A stretch of DNA of 64,000 nt from a virus: positions 1 to 64,000 of the IMG/VR virus record IMGVR_UViG_3300021197_001902, one strand, 5' to 3'. Made by a program: the position numbers and the translations under genes. Below are positions 1 to 8,346 of this stretch, piece after piece. Position 1 is the stretch's first letter. Every line of letters begins with the position of its first letter. The notes under the pieces were generated by a model. It was not told the origin of the DNA. It worked only from the letters and a program-made list of their open reading frames with translations, and searched no databases.

Positions 1-13
1 TTCCATAATATTT

Positions 14-640
14 TTATGTTACAGGCTCTACTTTAACCTTTCCTGAATGTTCGCCTGATTTTAGCTCTTGATCCATAACTACTTGAGATGTAACATCCCC
101 GAGTAAGGCGGCTATTGTGGTGTCCGGATCAATGCCGGAGCGGACTTCATTTTCAATTCTTTCTTTCATCTTTTTGAAGACTTCTATTTCGGGAACAGAT
201 GGCTTTACAATATCTGCCCCTTGAGTTTGAAGGTGCCTCATAAACATTGTTAAATGATCTTCTAAATCGAAATACGAAGCAGCGGTGCCGGTCGGGTAGG
301 ATCCATCTTCAATGTTAGCGAAAGATGTAACAGCGGCTACTAAAAGAGCTTCCACTACTTTTTCGGAAATTTGTGAGCCGGCTGCAGCGCCGATTGCGCC
401 GCCGATTTTAGTGCCCGAACCGCCCGAGGCGCCTCCGGTGGCCACATCGATTGCTGCGCCGGCGCCCATGCCTAGCACTTTGGCTGTAATGCCTCCATAC
501 TTGGCAGCAAGCTTTTTTAACTTCCCGGGTTCTTTTTCGGCGAAGTAGCCATGTAACTCGCCTATGGTTCTAATGTTAGCTGGGTCTTCCTTAAGTAAAT
601 AAGCATCCCACCTCTCCATTATGAGTTTCATTTCACTCAT
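14..640 (-). CDS. Putative virion internal/ejected protein with N-terminal MKLIMERWxxYLLKE leader and glycine zipper
   Basis: 208-aa ORF with an amphipathic leader ending L-K-E and a GxxxG-rich hydrophobic segment (VLGMGAGAAIDVATGG...IGGAIGAAAG); lies downstream of the portal. Confidence 0.5.
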   Translation of the reverse strand: MSEMKLIMERWDAYLLKEDPANIRTIGELHGYFAEKEPGKLKKLAAKYGGITAKVLGMGAGAAIDVATGGASGGSGTKIGGAIGAAAGSQISEKVVEALLVAAVTSFANIEDGSYPTGTAASYFDLEDHLTMFMRHLQTQGADIVKPSVPEIEVFKKMKERIENEVRSGIDPDTTIAALLGDVTSQVVMDQELKSGEHSGKVKVEPVT

Positions 641-643
641 GGT

Positions 644-1150
644 TTAATACCGATTGCGTAGGGGATGGTAGTAATAGCCCGGGCGCTGGGATCCCTTCTC
701 AGCATACTGTGGTACTTCGCCGTACTCGGTCGAATCACGATCAGTCGGGTGCGTGTACATGTTCTCAAGCTCTTTCTCGTACTCGTCGGCGATTTGTTCG
801 TGTTCTGCCTCAAGGCGAACAAACTCTGCTATCACGTATGTTGCGGCCTGCAGTGAGTTGATTTCATCGTTCTCGAAGACTTTACCCTCCAATGAACGGA
901 ACACGTTGCCGCCACGAATTGATGATCGGTCAATAATGCCCTTATCCGCTAACAATTCCAACAAACGGTCCTGATAGGGATAAACGTCTTCAGATGTGTT
1001 TGACTTAGGCATAGTTGTAATCTTCATCTGCGCTGGCATTACAGCTATATCGATCTTATTGTGATCCATGATTAACAAAGATCCATCAAGGGCCCTACGG
1101 GCTTTAAGTTCTACAGTTGCTTGTGGCCCGCCGATCGTAATATTAATCAT
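644..1150 (-). CDS. Hypothetical protein (head region)
   Basis: 168-aa ORF tightly packed between its neighbours. Confidence 0.7.
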   Translation of the reverse strand: MINITIGGPQATVELKARRALDGSLLIMDHNKIDIAVMPAQMKITTMPKSNTSEDVYPYQDRLLELLADKGIIDRSSIRGGNVFRSLEGKVFENDEINSLQAATYVIAEFVRLEAEHEQIADEYEKELENMYTHPTDRDSTEYGEVPQYAEKGSQRPGYYYHPLRNRY

Positions 1151-1955
1151 TTGCTGTAAGTTCCTCTACAAGCTCTTGTGTTTTAAGTATCTTATTCAGA
1201 TCGATGTCCGAGAATTCACGCTTGCGAAATCCCTCAAGGTACTCTGTAATTTCCTCAAGCCTTTGTGTAATAAGAGGCTCGGTGGCACTTTCGGTTGCAT
1301 TACCAATTAGACTCTTAAGTCTTCCTAGTTCTTCGTTCAAGTAAATACGCAACTCGAAACCGTCATCAGCAAAACTGGTGATATACTGGTTTAACAAGTC
1401 TTTCTGTTCTTTAAGAAGAGTTGTATACTTGTTATTAAACTTTTTGATAAATGAATTGTAAGTCAGGTTGTCTAAAGACTCCATCTTGTTGGTCGATGTA
1501 AGAGAAGTCTGAGCACTCATCGAATCTACGATGGACTGTTCGAATAGGACTTTACTCTTCAGTGAAGTCTTGGTATTAAAGATCGCGTTAACAGATGCAA
1601 GCGACTTGAAGTTGGGAACGAAATTAGACCATACGTCTTGCCCAAGTTGCTTATTAATTGATGCGATCACTTCGGACTGCGCTTCAAATACACTTAATGG
1701 ATTTAGCTGTGAGTGGGCATTCTTTGTTTCTTGGAGCATTCTTTCAGCGAGTTTTTGTTGAATATTCTTTGTATCAAGAAGAGTCTTATATAGAGAAAGT
1801 TCGCAAGCCAAAATAGACTCGCCGGAAAAGCTTTCCTTAATGATCGAAAGAACCGTCGCCTTTCTCTCATCATTTTTATCAACGATAGCCTTGGTTAGTT
1901 CTCTCGTAAGAGTCTCATAAATAAAAGCTGTGTTTCTTTTTTTATTATGCTTCAT
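1143..1955 (-). CDS. Hypothetical helical protein directly downstream of portal (possible prohead core component)
   Basis: Start moved to the ATG at 1955 (MKHNKKRNTAFIYE), which overlaps the portal stop. Function is inferred from position only. Confidence 0.65.
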   Translation of the reverse strand: MKHNKKRNTAFIYETLTRELTKAIVDKNDERKATVLSIIKESFSGESILACELSLYKTLLDTKNIQQKLAERMLQETKNAHSQLNPLSVFEAQSEVIASINKQLGQDVWSNFVPNFKSLASVNAIFNTKTSLKSKVLFEQSIVDSMSAQTSLTSTNKMESLDNLTYNSFIKKFNNKYTTLLKEQKDLLNQYITSFADDGFELRIYLNEELGRLKSLIGNATESATEPLITQRLEEITEYLEGFRKREFSDIDLNKILKTQELVEELTAND

Positions 1956-3918
1956 CTTTCTTTTCCCCTTTTGATTCCATCTGCTCAACTAACATACGAA
2001 CTTTAGTTGTATTTTCAAAGAGAACCTGCTCATTTCTAGTATAAGTAGGTTTGTTATTCTCTTCCAGACCGACAAGTGATTTCAAGTCACGTACACTAAC
2101 AGCCCCGGCGCCATGACCTTTGAGTTTTCTGGATGTGCTGAACTCTGGCCCGCGGACCTGACGGTTCAATTCTCGCTTGGCGGGGCCCTGGGAATGACGA
2201 GTGGCACTTCCCTTACTCCGCTTGAACGGCCTCTTCTCATAAGGTGTGCCTTGCTGTAGGGTTGGTGCTTCTTCTAAATCCTCCCGACGACCCGGAGTGG
2301 TTAGGAGAACATCATCTGCGGCATCCTCGGGGCCCGTAGCAGGATCTTCCATACCTAGGTTATCGATCTCCGCGTCGAGGTCTCCTCCAAGGTCTCCTCC
2401 AAGGTCTCCTCCAAGGTCGCCACCCAGACCTGCGGCGCCTTCTTCCCCTACGTCAAAGCCATCATCAACAACTCCCTCTAGAGCTTGCTGGTACTTTCGA
2501 TCATAGAAAGTTTCGCGTTGATTGCGAAGGAACTCAGAGTCAGACATCCCAAGAATGTTAGAAGCAACCCAGCGTTTGCTGAACGTACCCTCGGGAACAG
2601 ACACAGCAGTCTCGAACTTAGTTTTCATGTACTCAAGCTGCTGCAATTCAGCAAGGCGGGAAGGGTTATTCAAGGTAATTTTGAATCCCAAAAGATCTTG
2701 GCCGCGGAACCCAAGTGTATAAAGATGTACAATAGCCATCTTTTCTAGCTCAGAAACGACTGATCTCTGCAGCCTGTGGATCGTTCTGGCGAAACGAATG
2801 TCTTTTTGCGCCAGGGTAGTCTTATCTTCAGAGCCGCCTTCAAGGTTTGTAAGATATGCCTGCGGGATCTTAATCGCTGCAAATAGTTTGTCGCGAAGAT
2901 ACTTAACATCCTCAATATCGTCCAAAGACTTGGCGCCCGGGAGTGATTTAATCTCTGATCCGACACCACCGCGCATTGGGATGAAGTAGTCTTCTTCAAG
3001 AGAGAGCGGGTTGTATCGCAGGTCAACACGACCAGTGTTGGCGTTAACTAGAGAGTTACGCTTCATCTCCGACTTTACCTTCTCCATATACTGTGGGATA
3101 TCCTGTGGTGGAATGTTACCCACATCAATCTTAAACACTCGGCGCTCTGGAGCGCGGACAACACGATAGGCGATCATCGCATCCTCAAGCAGTGTAAGCT
3201 GGCGCCAGATACGTCGAGCAGGGTCAAGCACGGATGTTCCGTATGGACTGTATTTATCGTTGCCCAGAATGCGGAAGTGTGCAACCTGCCAGTTCTCGAA
3301 GCTCATGCCGGCGCCGTTCCACTGATATTGAACATAGTTTGGATTGGTCTGATCCTGGCCTTCCAGGCGCTCGACTTCATTGTTTGGCATACCAATAACG
3401 GAGGTAATACCAATCCTCTCATCAATGTCCATATATAGAAAGAAGTCTCCGTACTTGCACATTGATCGAGCCCAGCCGAAGCAGTTAAACTCAATATTCA
3501 AAACATCATAAAACAGCGACTCTAGAATGGTTTTGATTTCATGATTAAGACAATCAATGTTTAACAAGCGATCATACTCGTTTGAAGTGGTCATCTCGTC
3601 AGCATAGATATCCAGCGCCGATGCTATCTCTGGCATGTACTCCATCTGCTCAAAGTCAATATATCTTTCTGCTCGATTCTGGTTGCGGAAAGCTGCTGAT
3701 GTAAACAGGTTATAGTTTTGGGACATGTTGGAATCATGCCTCTTAAACTCCTGTCCGGACATCGAGCGGAATTTATAGCGATATTTATCGAGGTCTGCTC
3801 TTCGCTCTTGTCTGGCAACTTGTGTGCGGTAGTTTACGATCGGGCCCGATAAAATTCTGGTCAATCGCTTAAACAGCGGAGATGCCGGGTTTCTTGTATT
3901 ATTTTTGCTTTTAGCCAT
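1945..3918 (-). CDS. Portal protein, T4 gp20-like, with long C-terminal extension
   Basis: gp20 hallmark motifs YRVVRAPERRVFKIDVGN, EEDYFIPMRGG and IKSLPGA..LDDIEDVKYLRDKLFAAIKIP. Confidence 0.95.
   Translation of the reverse strand: MAKSKNNTRNPASPLFKRLTRILSGPIVNYRTQVARQERRADLDKYRYKFRSMSGQEFKRHDSNMSQNYNLFTSAAFRNQNRAERYIDFEQMEYMPEIASALDIYADEMTTSNEYDRLLNIDCLNHEIKTILESLFYDVLNIEFNCFGWARSMCKYGDFFLYMDIDERIGITSVIGMPNNEVERLEGQDQTNPNYVQYQWNGAGMSFENWQVAHFRILGNDKYSPYGTSVLDPARRIWRQLTLLEDAMIAYRVVRAPERRVFKIDVGNIPPQDIPQYMEKVKSEMKRNSLVNANTGRVDLRYNPLSLEEDYFIPMRGGVGSEIKSLPGAKSLDDIEDVKYLRDKLFAAIKIPQAYLTNLEGGSEDKTTLAQKDIRFARTIHRLQRSVVSELEKMAIVHLYTLGFRGQDLLGFKITLNNPSRLAELQQLEYMKTKFETAVSVPEGTFSKRWVASNILGMSDSEFLRNQRETFYDRKYQQALEGVVDDGFDVGEEGAAGLGGDLGGDLGGDLGGDLDAEIDNLGMEDPATGPEDAADDVLLTTPGRREDLEEAPTLQQGTPYEKRPFKRSKGSATRHSQGPAKRELNRQVRGPEFSTSRKLKGHGAGAVSVRDLKSLVGLEENNKPTYTRNEQVLFENTTKVRMLVEQMESKGEKKDEA
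2378..2425. repeat. 12-bp tandem repeat (AGGTCTCCTCCA x3 plus one degenerate copy) encoding (GGDL)4 in the portal tail
   Basis: Read directly at 2378-2389, 2390-2401, 2402-2413 and 2414-2425. Confidence 0.95.
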
Positions 3919-3926
3919 GTTCTATC

Positions 3927-5510
3927 CTAGCCTTTTATTAACCCAAAATATTCTTGATTAAATTCTTTTGCTTCTTCGATTCTTTCGGTTTCCTTGGTCA
4001 TCCTATGACCCAGCATACCAGGGATGGTCGTAGAAATGCTTGTTTTCGCAGTACTAATAGCCGATACAAACGACTTACTATACTCTACGTTTCTTTGACT
4101 TTCTACAATCACTGTATCCCTCACCCAACAACCAATAGCAAATGACATAGTTAAATCATCGTTGTAACTTCTCATCGCCTGTGGTCGCCCATGATGCCAA
4201 ATAAATGTTTTCATCTCCGACAACAAACGATTGGAGTTAATCGTAATTAGTTTATTTCTCATAAACTCTTCCATTTTAGCTACGATCAGCGGCCTTGTTT
4301 TTGAAGAGGTAGTAAAACCTGGGATTACATTTGACTGCCATTGTGCTGTCATCGGGTCCACATACCGGTGGTCATTCTTGGTTGCATAGTATAGGTTAGG
4401 ATACCCTTTATCTATCAATTTTTTAAGTACTGCATAACCTATATTGTTGTTTTCTATTACTAACATAGGATTACCGTATTCAGCTGCTACATTGGAAAGA
4501 ATGTCCGCAAAGTCGTCAGGTGTTGGTTTGCCAACATATTCGGCCACTTGTTCTAATGTAGTAAGCTCCAATATATGAAACGCACTGTTGTCCTTACCAT
4601 CGCCACGAGCAACGTCGGCAACAATTAAATAATGGTTTTCTGGATTGTATTGTTTCCAAATCCAATAGTTTCTATCAAACCCAGTGCGATATTCTGGGGA
4701 GGTCGTCTTTTCTAAGTACCACTGAATATCTTCAGGATGTATGACAGTCTCACCCGAGACATTGAAGTTACACTCAAGCTCCTGTGCAATTTGTCGCCTG
4801 GACATGTTGCGCGTCTCTTTTTCAAACCATTTCTTGTCACGGTCTGGGTGTGCATCCCACATCAAAGTGGTCATATGAAAATCGTTGGTGCCGGCTTCGG
4901 CCTCAACACAGTTTTGATGAAACCAGTTTCCCACACCATTAGGGGTAGAGAGCGCGATACAGCGTCCACCAGTAGATAGAGTAGGATAGAGAGCAGTCCA
5001 GAGTTCATCTAAGCGTTCCACGTGAGCAGCCTCATCGATGATAAGGAGCGATAGAGCTTCCGAACGACCAGCGTCTCCAGAGGTTGAAGAGCCCTTAATC
5101 TGAGATCCGTTGCTTAATTCAAACGAGGTTCTATTGTCTACAGCAATATCTGAAATCTGCATCCACTTTGGCAGATTCTTAATGATTGCTTTTACTTTTT
5201 TGACAAGGTTAGTGGCTGTCTGTAGTTTAGTGGCCACCACAAGAATGTTCTTGTCTTTGTGGAATAACATTAACCACGCAACATAAGCTGCGCTGATAGT
5301 TGATATGCCCAGCTGCCGGGCTTTTAGAATGATATTGAAACGATAATCGCGGAAGTCTTTTAACAGATCCTGCTGATAGTCATACGCTTTGAAAGGGATC
5401 AGGCCTCTCTGCGGGTGTGAGATGCGACAATAGTTTGTTGTAAAGTAAACCGGATCTTTGCCGGCTTTAACAATCTCTTTTAATATCTCTTGCTTTGTAA
5501 GAGCTGCCAT
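3927..5510 (-). CDS. terL: Terminase large subunit, T4 gp17-like
   Basis: Walker A-like ILKARQLGIST, Walker B LLIIDEAAH, coupling motif LSTP, and nuclease acidic motifs VADVARGDGKD and NDDL. Confidence 0.95.
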   Translation of the reverse strand: MAALTKQEILKEIVKAGKDPVYFTTNYCRISHPQRGLIPFKAYDYQQDLLKDFRDYRFNIILKARQLGISTISAAYVAWLMLFHKDKNILVVATKLQTATNLVKKVKAIIKNLPKWMQISDIAVDNRTSFELSNGSQIKGSSTSGDAGRSEALSLLIIDEAAHVERLDELWTALYPTLSTGGRCIALSTPNGVGNWFHQNCVEAEAGTNDFHMTTLMWDAHPDRDKKWFEKETRNMSRRQIAQELECNFNVSGETVIHPEDIQWYLEKTTSPEYRTGFDRNYWIWKQYNPENHYLIVADVARGDGKDNSAFHILELTTLEQVAEYVGKPTPDDFADILSNVAAEYGNPMLVIENNNIGYAVLKKLIDKGYPNLYYATKNDHRYVDPMTAQWQSNVIPGFTTSSKTRPLIVAKMEEFMRNKLITINSNRLLSEMKTFIWHHGRPQAMRSYNDDLTMSFAIGCWVRDTVIVESQRNVEYSKSFVSAISTAKTSISTTIPGMLGHRMTKETERIEEAKEFNQEYFGLIKG

Positions 5511-5511
5511 A

Positions 5512-6051
5512 TTAGATCTTCACATTTGAAGGCTTTTTGGCGTCTCTCCCTAGTGCAAGAAAATCTCTGATTGCGCTGTCGAGGCGGTCCTTCTCAGATC
5601 CGCCGTTTACTTCATCAACGTCCGTCAGGCCGCCAATGCGGTAATCACAGTGAGCCTGGACATCGGTGCGGTAGTTAGAGATACGCTGCACCAAAATGTG
5701 TGGCTCACCTTCCTTTGTTAAGGCTAGTGTGTTACCGGTGACGACTTTGTATTCTTTCTTCAGGAAACTAACAATGTCTTGCAGACGCTGCTCGATCTCA
5801 CCTTCAAAGCCTTTGTCTTTAACTTCTTTTAGTCTTGATTCTGCTTGATAAGTAATACGCAGGATAGGACCGTGGAACTTGACACCGAAGCCATCCATCA
5901 CTCGTCGGTCATGAATATAATGTCCGTCTTCTCTTTCAAGACCTGCTGTGCGGGCCTTGCCATCAGCCTGAAGGGTCGCGTCGTGCGCTCCGTCATAGGC
6001 GTTTGCAGCTGCTTGGTTGATTCCTTGTACAATGTCGTATACTGATGCCAT
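5512..6051 (-). CDS. Hypothetical protein
   Basis: 179-aa ORF abutting the terminase start. Confidence 0.75.
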   Translation of the reverse strand: MASVYDIVQGINQAAANAYDGAHDATLQADGKARTAGLEREDGHYIHDRRVMDGFGVKFHGPILRITYQAESRLKEVKDKGFEGEIEQRLQDIVSFLKKEYKVVTGNTLALTKEGEPHILVQRISNYRTDVQAHCDYRIGGLTDVDEVNGGSEKDRLDSAIRDFLALGRDAKKPSNVKI

Positions 6052-6054
6052 TTT

Positions 6055-6438
6055 TTATTGTTCCCTGTTCGGTCTCCACCCGTCTGTCCATCGGTCTTCT
6101 CGATCTTCGATATATTGTATGTAACAGTTGAAGCAAGCTTCGAACTTGTTCATATACAAATCATCGCGTGGATGAAAAGAATATTTTTGACAAACAGGAC
6201 AAGTCCTATTATTATCTCTATTAAGTAGTTTTTTGTTTATTAAAAAACCATCTGCTTCAACTTTGTCTTGAGATTCGGCAAGTTTTGCAAATTTACGCTG
6301 CTCTTCCTGAGACTGTTGGATGTATTCTTTTTCCTTATCCTCATCCCAAAAGCGTTTAGGATTATACGTTGCCTCCTCGCCATACTTCTGCGAAATGGCC
6401 TTTTCAAGTTTCACTATATAGTCCTGATCTTTACTCAC
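6055..6438 (-). CDS. Hypothetical zinc-finger protein
   Basis: 127 aa; contains CPVC...CFNC. Confidence 0.7.
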   Translation of the reverse strand: MSKDQDYIVKLEKAISQKYGEEATYNPKRFWDEDKEKEYIQQSQEEQRKFAKLAESQDKVEADGFLINKKLLNRDNNRTCPVCQKYSFHPRDDLYMNKFEACFNCYIQYIEDREDRWTDGWRPNREQ

Positions 6439-6913
6439 GTACTATCTCCGTTGACAGTGCGAAGATCCCCAACGAAGTAAGTGTGCCGATACCAAAGCCA
6501 AGTCCAACCATAAATGGCGCTTTGTCAGGGGGCTGACTCATAACTAATTTTGTTAGGCGGTCAACCTCAGTAGCCCTCAGAATCATCATTGATTCGTGCT
6601 TATCTTTCCAGGCAGCAATTTCTATATCTTTATAATCAAGCTGAATTTCATAGTTCTCTTTTTGTACTTGTAGTTCGTACTCCAAGCGAAGACCACATTC
6701 AGCATCTTCGAACCTTTGCTCATTGATAATTTTTGCCGCGGCATCCAGTGATAGCAGAACCCCATCAAACGGCACAATATCACCAGCCTCAATCGGTAGT
6801 ATTGTGTAGTCAGGCAATCTGACATCTGTTTCATCAACAGCTTGCGCAGAAGCAATTGGGGTGCCCACAACCATGAATAGTGCTAGGTATAATGTTATTG
6901 TTCTTTTAATCAT
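6431..6913 (-). CDS. Secreted/membrane-anchored coiled-coil protein (spanin-like candidate)
   Basis: Start moved to ATG 6913 (MIKRTITLYLALF...ASA). Signal-peptide-like N-terminus, central coiled coil and a C-terminal Gly-rich TM helix. Confidence 0.55.
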   Translation of the reverse strand: MIKRTITLYLALFMVVGTPIASAQAVDETDVRLPDYTILPIEAGDIVPFDGVLLSLDAAAKIINEQRFEDAECGLRLEYELQVQKENYEIQLDYKDIEIAAWKDKHESMMILRATEVDRLTKLVMSQPPDKAPFMVGLGFGIGTLTSLGIFALSTEIVRE

Positions 6914-6914
6914 A

Positions 6915-7313
6915 TTACAGTCCAAAGGCGTCAGCAATTTGTTTTGCTAACTTCTCTGGGTCATTATACCCTTCGTCCACCATCTTTTTAAGCTCTGCTT
7001 CTTTTGCTTTGTCGAGACTGTCTCCTCTTTCTTCAAACTTTCTCTTTAGCTCCTCTTTTCTTTTAAGGTGCTCTTGCAGACGAAGGTTCTTTTCCGCTAC
7101 CTCTGTGTTATGTATATGTGAAATAGTTTCTAGCTCGGCGTCATGTTGGTCTTTTTTTGCATCGAGCAAATCAATCGCCTTAACCAACAGGCCGGCGTTT
7201 CGAGTACCCCAGCTTATCAGGCCGGCCACTAAAACCAATAGGCCCAGGACGAGGGCCCACCAAAACTTCTTAGCTAGCAACCATGCTTTTTTTGCAATTA
7301 GTTTAGCTTTCAC
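6915..7313 (-). CDS. Membrane-anchored coiled-coil protein (i-spanin-like)
   Basis: Basic N-terminus, one TM helix (FWWALVLGLLVLVAGLISW) and a charged helical remainder; follows the holin-like gene. Confidence 0.55.
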   Translation of the reverse strand: MKAKLIAKKAWLLAKKFWWALVLGLLVLVAGLISWGTRNAGLLVKAIDLLDAKKDQHDAELETISHIHNTEVAEKNLRLQEHLKRKEELKRKFEERGDSLDKAKEAELKKMVDEGYNDPEKLAKQIADAFGL

Positions 7314-7510
7314 CTTCCATACCCTTTCAGTTTAGCCACGGCGTCAATAACAGTCTGGCCACCAATATAAACTGTAGTAATAATCACCCAGTCGCTTGAA
7401 GCCAAATCAGCAAATAATAGTAGTGCTGTCGCGGTTCCCCAGGCCAGTAACTTTCTGGACACTAGCTTCTCTAGTCCTCTATCTAGTATATGTCTCTGTC
7501 GATCAGTCAT
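7310..7510 (-). CDS. Putative holin (two TM helices)
   Basis: 66 aa from ATG 7510 with a GGAG RBS; SRK followed by two short hydrophobic helices and a basic C-terminus. Confidence 0.55.
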   Translation of the reverse strand: MTDRQRHILDRGLEKLVSRKLLAWGTATALLLFADLASSDWVIITTVYIGGQTVIDAVAKLKGYGR

Positions 7511-7524
7511 ATCATTTCTCCCAC

Positions 7525-7533
7525 TATAAATAG
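7525..7533. promoter_or_regulatory. Divergent-gene motif: TATAAATA on + (T4 late consensus) and CTATTTA on -
   Basis: Lies in the 37-bp gap between the holin-like gene (-) and the J-domain gene (+). Confidence 0.45.
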
Positions 7534-7547
7534 GTTCAACACATATT

Positions 7548-8288
7548 ATGTCTAAGCGCACCGAGCTTAAATTCAAGAAAATGCTAAAGAAAGCTGACTT
7601 TGTACATGCCGACTTGGAATACCATGAAGAACTGGTTCATGAAGCTAAAATGGGTTTCAACAAATCTTTTATAGAGAAAATTAACAACATGTCAAGACTT
7701 CAAAAGAGACACTGGAAGCGACATGTAAAATTATTAAATGACGAGAAGGCTAAAAGGCTCCTTGAAGAGGCACAAAAAGATAAAGAAAAAGCAGAACAAG
7801 AGATTGAGGAAGACACCAGCTGTGCTGTGGGGGCCGTGAACAAAGAAACCTTTATAGATGGAATCACTGGAGAAGAGCGATATCTCAATCCCGAGGAGAT
7901 CGATGAGATGGATGTCGAGGATAAACAGGGTGTTATCAAAAAACTCTATCGCAGAATTGCAAATGTAACTCATCCGGATAAATTAATCGCGGCCGGAGTT
8001 GGGCCTCTAGAAGTTAACAAAAAAACAAAATTATTTAAGAAAGCCAAAGAAGCCTATGAACGTGACAATTGGTATACAATCTACTCTATTGCGATAGACT
8101 TGGGTATATCCCCCGGTGACATAAACGAAAAACAAATTGCTTGGATTGAAGAGGATATTAAACTCACGCTGGGTAGGATAACTTCAATCGGGGGCTTATT
8201 TACCTGGGTATGGTATATTTCTGACGAGGTGCAGAAGGAAGAAATTATGAAGCAATACTTCAAACAGGTTTACGACTGGGATGTATAG
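7548..8288 (+). CDS. J-domain (DnaJ-like, class C) protein
   Basis: IKKLYRRIANVTHPDKL...LFKKAKEAYE matches J-domain helix II, HPD and helix III. Only long plus-strand ORF filling a gap. Confidence 0.8.
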   Translation: MSKRTELKFKKMLKKADFVHADLEYHEELVHEAKMGFNKSFIEKINNMSRLQKRHWKRHVKLLNDEKAKRLLEEAQKDKEKAEQEIEEDTSCAVGAVNKETFIDGITGEERYLNPEEIDEMDVEDKQGVIKKLYRRIANVTHPDKLIAAGVGPLEVNKKTKLFKKAKEAYERDNWYTIYSIAIDLGISPGDINEKQIAWIEEDIKLTLGRITSIGGLFTWVWYISDEVQKEEIMKQYFKQVYDWDV

Positions 8289-8346
8289 TCCATCTCTCTT
8301 AGTTTTACAATTTGAGTCCAGCTAGCAGTGCTTCCCCAAAGTGTAT

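Noticed and set aside
3927-5510. Intein or intron in terminase, primase or portal
   Set aside because: Lengths and motif spacing are normal, and no splice-junction or homing-endonuclease motifs were seen.
8289-8346. Terminator or small RNA between convergent genes; tRNA genes in general
   Set aside because: No convincing hairpin plus U-tract was found. Intergenic gaps are at most about 80 bp, and none shows a tRNA cloverleaf.
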